64,000 bases of DNA from an uncultured Gammaproteobacteria bacterium (lineage in GTDB: Bacteria > Patescibacteriota > Microgenomatia > UBA8517), in assembly GCA_964458085.1 (NCBI GenBank), contig CAYWFF010000001.1, forward strand, positions 890 to 64,889, written 5' to 3'. Every line of letters begins with the position of its first letter. Positions within the stretch are counted from its first letter, which is position 1. The notes under the pieces were generated by a model. The model did no database searches, was not told where the DNA came from, and saw nothing but the letters and a program-made list of their open reading frames with translations. This document shows, one piece after another, positions 60,331-64,000 of this stretch. The position numbers and the translations under genes are program-made.

Positions 60331-60942
60331 ATGAGCAAACCAAAAGTTACAAGCGGACTAACAATATCTTTGGATGGTTATGGTGCAGGGTTAAACCAAA
60401 CTTTTGAAAATCCCTTTGGTGACAACTTTAGTTCAAACCTACTAGATCGGTGGATGTTTGAAGAGCCTGAAAAGCAAAAACACACAAAAGAGATAGACGC
60501 TATCCTCGATGCTAGCGCCTTCATTATGGGTAGTAATATGTTTGGCCCTAAAGACAGGAGAGATAAGACAAAGTGGAAAGGGTGGTGGGGAGACAATCCA
60601 CCCTATCATGCACCTGTATTTGTTCTTTCCCATAAGGAACTAGAACCGATAAAAATGGAGGGTGGTACAACTTTTTACTTTGTAACTGACGGTGTTGAGT
60701 CAGCACTTTCAAAAGCAAAAGAGGCTGCTGGAAATCGAAATGTAAAGATCATGGGGGGAGCTAATACAATCAACCAATATTTGGCAGCGGGGTTGATTGA
60801 TGAACTTTGGCTACATATTGCTCCAGTAACTGTTGGCAAAGGGACACGATTGTTTGAAAATGTACCCAACCTCAAGCTTGAACCGATTGAGGTTAGCGGA
60901 ACCAATGTAGTGACACACATCAAATACAGGGTTTTGAAGTAG
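60331..60942 (+). CDS. Dihydrofolate reductase/RibD C-terminal family protein
   Basis: ISLDGY, IMG, VFVLSH, GGANTI...GLIDEL...GKGTRLF. Confidence 0.9.
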   Translation: MSKPKVTSGLTISLDGYGAGLNQTFENPFGDNFSSNLLDRWMFEEPEKQKHTKEIDAILDASAFIMGSNMFGPKDRRDKTKWKGWWGDNPPYHAPVFVLSHKELEPIKMEGGTTFYFVTDGVESALSKAKEAAGNRNVKIMGGANTINQYLAAGLIDELWLHIAPVTVGKGTRLFENVPNLKLEPIEVSGTNVVTHIKYRVLK

Positions 60943-60970
60943 GATCTTCTGTCAATTAAACTGCTGGCCC

Positions 60971-61075
60971 CTACTTCTCCATTTCTTCCTTTAACCGATT
61001 AATGAACCTGATATCCTCAAAAGCCTTAAATATACGCACGAATTGACTGGTTATATTAACGTTACGATCCTCGAG
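60971..61075. repeat. Decayed ~100-bp repeat, copy 1
   Basis: Shares TTAATrAACCTGA..TCCTCA...TATA..CGCAyGAATTGACyGG...ATATTAA....ACGATCCT with 62257-62393. Confidence 0.75.
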
Positions 61076-61125
61076 TACTTAAACAAGCTCAGCAGTTACG
61101 CTAAAAATTTGTTAAAGTAACTATT

Positions 61126-61581
61126 GTGAAATCAAAAACACATAACCTAAAGAGGATGGATAATGTTGGTATCGTCGTAGATTCCCTTGATAAAGCCATC
61201 GCTTTTTTCACCGAACTTGGCATGAGCCTTGAAGGAAGAACCATGGTTGAAGGAGAATGGGCAGGACGCGTTACCGGACTTGGCAACCAGCTTGTTGAAA
61301 TTGCCATGATGGTTACTCCCGACGGCCACAGCCGAATTGAGCTTTCTCGATTCATCGTCCCTCCTACAGTTGCTGATAATCGTTATTCTCCCGTAAACTC
61401 TCTCGGCTACCTCCGAGTAATGTTCACGGTAGGCAACATCAACGACACTCTCGCCCGACTCCTAAAGCGTGGAGCTCAACTCGCAGGTGAAGTAGTTACA
61501 TACAAGGACTCATATAGATTGTGCTACATACGTGGTCCCGGAGGACTCCTTATAGGGCTAGCACAACAACTCGAAAATTAA
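61126..61581 (+). CDS. VOC/glyoxalase family protein
   Basis: DNVGIVV..L..AIAFF, IELSRF, YIRGPGG. Confidence 0.9.
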   Translation: MKSKTHNLKRMDNVGIVVDSLDKAIAFFTELGMSLEGRTMVEGEWAGRVTGLGNQLVEIAMMVTPDGHSRIELSRFIVPPTVADNRYSPVNSLGYLRVMFTVGNINDTLARLLKRGAQLAGEVVTYKDSYRLCYIRGPGGLLIGLAQQLEN

Positions 61582-61609
61582 CCTTCATCGGAAAATGATT
61601 TAAAATATT

Positions 61610-61834
61610 TTATTTCTTTAATTCCCCCGGTTCACGATGCTCAACTTTTAGAATTAAATTTGATTTAATACCCGCAACTGCCGGTAACAAATGATTGAGT
61701 ACTTGTTCCGCTGTCATTCGCAACTTCTTGCCGCGTGCCGAAATTTTCAGCCATCCCTTTTTATCTTTGTAGTACTTTTCGGTGAAATTCTTCGTCCCCA
61801 TGTAAATTATGTAACTGTCGTTTTTCAGATTCAT
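61610..61834 (-). CDS. Small hypothetical protein
   Basis: MTAEQVLNHLLP segment; fills the intergenic space. Confidence 0.55.
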   Translation of the reverse strand: MNLKNDSYIIYMGTKNFTEKYYKDKKGWLKISARGKKLRMTAEQVLNHLLPAVAGIKSNLILKVEHREPGELKK

Positions 61835-61882
61835 TATTCTTATTTTAGCATTTCTTAGAGCTGGTTTTGATATACTTTAATA

Positions 61883-62245
61883 ATGAAATCTTACAAGAAT
61901 GTAGATGATTATATTGGCATTTTTCCTAAAGATGTTCAGAATAAACTGAAAGAAATTAGACAAGCCATTAAAGATGAGGCGCCCGAGGCGAGAGAGAAAA
62001 TCAGTTATGGAATTCCTACAGCCACATTAAATGGAAAATATTTCATTTACTTTGCAGGCTTCAAGAATCATGTAAGCGTATATCCAGTTACCCCTGCAAT
62101 CGAAAAATTTGTTAAAGAAATTGACAAATATAGAGCCGGAAAAGGAACTCTCCGGTTCCATCTCGACAAACCTTTACCGATGGTAATAATTCGTAAAGTA
62201 ATCAAAGCTAGGGTTAACGAACATTTAGAATCGGCAATCTCATGA
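61883..62245 (+). CDS. DUF1801/YdhG family protein
   Basis: VDDYI...EKISYGIP...FKNHVSVYP...KGTLRF. Confidence 0.88.
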   Translation: MKSYKNVDDYIGIFPKDVQNKLKEIRQAIKDEAPEAREKISYGIPTATLNGKYFIYFAGFKNHVSVYPVTPAIEKFVKEIDKYRAGKGTLRFHLDKPLPMVIIRKVIKARVNEHLESAIS

Positions 62246-62256
62246 CATTATCACCG

Positions 62257-62393
62257 CTACTAGTTCTTTATCCACCTCTTCCCATAATTGGTTAATAAAC
62301 CTGAATTCCTCAGATATTCTGATATATTCGCATGAATTGACCGGCTAAAGCGCACCGCAGTGCAGACTTTCACAATATTAATTTCACGATCCT
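62257..62393. repeat. Decayed repeat, copy 2 (with an insertion of about 27 bp)
   Basis: Aligns to 60971-61072. Confidence 0.7.
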
Positions 62394-62458
62394 TTTAAAA
62401 AAGGATTAATGGGTCCCAAAATTGCTTTATTTTAGTTAGGGATTATAATTAAATCGAT

Positions 62459-62863
62459 ATGTTACAAGGTTTTAAACAGTTTATACTCAAAGGTAACGTT
62501 GTAGATTTGGCAGTAGGTGTAGTTGTCGGCGTTGCATTCGGTTCAGTAGTGACTGCTCTTGTAGAAGACATTATTACCCCAATAATTGGAGTGTTTGGCG
62601 GTACACCTGATTTTTCATCATTAAGTTTTACTATAAACAACAGCGAATTTTTTATCGGTCATTTTATTAATGCACTTCTTTCATTTGTCATTATTTCAGC
62701 TGTTATTTACTTTTTTGTGGTGATACCGATGAATAAACTGACGGCAGTTGCAAGAAAAGAGAAACCCGTAGACCCTACTACCAAAAAATGCCCGGAGTGC
62801 TTAAGCATAATTCCGCTTGAAGCGAAACGATGTGCATATTGCACTTCGGCTCAGAAAAAATAA
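62459..62863 (+). CDS. mscL: Large-conductance mechanosensitive channel with C-terminal Zn ribbon
   Basis: FKQFILKGNVVDLAVGVVVG; CPEC...CAYC. Confidence 0.95.
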   Translation: MLQGFKQFILKGNVVDLAVGVVVGVAFGSVVTALVEDIITPIIGVFGGTPDFSSLSFTINNSEFFIGHFINALLSFVIISAVIYFFVVIPMNKLTAVARKEKPVDPTTKKCPECLSIIPLEAKRCAYCTSAQKK

Positions 62864-62979
62864 GGATGTCTGTAAATTAAAATCAGTAATTTTAAAGAAA
62901 TTTAGTTTTTACATTTAAACATTTCAAGAATAATTTAAAATAAGTCTAATTTAGATACCCTTTTTGTTATACTTCTCTC

Positions 62980-63402
62980 ATGAATATGTTTAAGCCTACC
63001 ACCTCAACATCTATCAAAGATTATTTTGACCGGCTTCCGGAAGAGAGAAAGGCAACGCTACTCTACTTACACAACTTTATACAAAAAACAGCACCAGCGC
63101 TTAAACCTATTTTTGCTTACAACATGCCGGGGTATGGCACATTTAATAAATACAAAAATTACAAAAAGGAAGTTGTTGATTGGCCGATCGTTGCGTTGGC
63201 GAGCCAAAAATATTATATGAGTATATATATTTGTGCACTTGAGAATGGCCATTATTTAGCCGAAAAACATAAAGGTGATTTGGGGAAAGTAAGTGTCGGC
63301 AAAAGCTGCATCCGCTTCAAAAAGCTGGCTGATTTAAATTTAGACATGCTGGAAAAAATTATTAAACAGGCGGCCAAATCCCCTGGTTTTGGGGGGAATT
63401 AA
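62980..63402 (+). CDS. DUF1801 family protein
   Basis: LASQKYYMSIY, VGKSCIRFKK. Confidence 0.85.
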   Translation: MNMFKPTTSTSIKDYFDRLPEERKATLLYLHNFIQKTAPALKPIFAYNMPGYGTFNKYKNYKKEVVDWPIVALASQKYYMSIYICALENGHYLAEKHKGDLGKVSVGKSCIRFKKLADLNLDMLEKIIKQAAKSPGFGGN

Positions 63403-63447
63403 CTAAAAAGCGTGTGAACATAAACCGAAATTGAATTTTCTTTAAAC

Positions 63448-63502
63448 ACCATAAATTTACACTGGCATATACCTGAATTTTATGAGAACTTTGAATATAC
63501 TC
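63448..63502. repeat. Decayed repeat, copy 3 (partial)
   Basis: CCATAA...ACCTGAATT...AATATAC aligns to copies 1 and 2. Confidence 0.45.
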
Positions 63503-63572
63503 CTAGCTAAAGGAGTGAAGGTTTTCTTAACTGATTATACTTAAGTTATTCTTAAAAAGGATTTTTAACACT

Positions 63573-64000
63573 ATGAAAATTTTAATTATTTACGACTCGA
63601 TGTTCGGCAATACTGAAAAAGTTGCCAATAAAATTGTCCAGAGCTTTCCGGAAAAGGATATAAAGCTAGTACATATTGCAAAGGCAGAACTGAAAGATAT
63701 CGAAAGTTGCGACCTTGCTATCTTTGGCTCCCCCACACACGGAGGTCAGCCGTCGGCTCCTATTTCGGAATTTTTAAAAAAATTGCCGAAAGACGCTCTC
63801 AAAGGTAAATTGGTAGCCGCTTTTGATACTCGCTTTTCCAAAACCGAGCATGGTTTGGGGCTAAAAATGCTTATGAATATGATAGGTTTTGCTGCCGAAA
63901 AAATGCTGACTAATTTAAAAACTAAAGGAGGAAAACCTGTTTTGCCCGGAAAAGGATTTATAGTCAACGACAAAGAAGGCCCGCTATCAAAAGGAGAACT
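63573..64000 (+). CDS. Flavodoxin-family protein (runs off the window end)
   Basis: MKILIIYDSMFGNTEKVA...GSPTHGG...AAFDTR. Confidence 0.9.
   Translation, partial: MKILIIYDSMFGNTEKVANKIVQSFPEKDIKLVHIAKAELKDIESCDLAIFGSPTHGGQPSAPISEFLKKLPKDALKGKLVAAFDTRFSKTEHGLGLKMLMNMIGFAAEKMLTNLKTKGGKPVLPGKGFIVNDKEGPLSKGE

Noticed and set aside
60943-63560. Classical integron attC sites
   Set aside because: The repeats lack a clear RYYYAAC...GTTRRRY hairpin organisation, and no tyrosine integrase is present in the window.
1-64000. CRISPR array or cas genes
   Set aside because: No regularly spaced identical repeats and no Cas motifs seen.

Overview
The window looks like chromosome from a Patescibacteria/CPR bacterium, probably Microgenomates-like (inferred from DUF5667/DUF5659-type genes, an archaeal-type TpiA and a split transketolase; standard code 11). 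1-41 kb is host backbone: nrdR plus three tandem, divergent class II (B12-dependent) ribonucleotide reductases, two class A PBPs, a glycolysis/pentose-phosphate cluster, and a B12-uptake locus with two cobalamin riboswitches. At 41073-41385 is a tRNA-Asn(GTT) split inside its anticodon by a 241-nt group I intron. Its 3' end is an integration hotspot carrying two stacked large-serine-recombinase elements (about 5.9 kb, 41383-47283, and about 12.9 kb, 47280-60229). Their att sites can be rebuilt from the sequence and lie inside the recombinase genes, so integration swaps the recombinase C-termini. Further downstream, small accessory genes are separated by decayed ~100-bp repeats that look like older att arms, suggesting a tRNA-anchored, serine-recombinase-built gene array. 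All family assignments come from reading motifs by eye, not from database searches.
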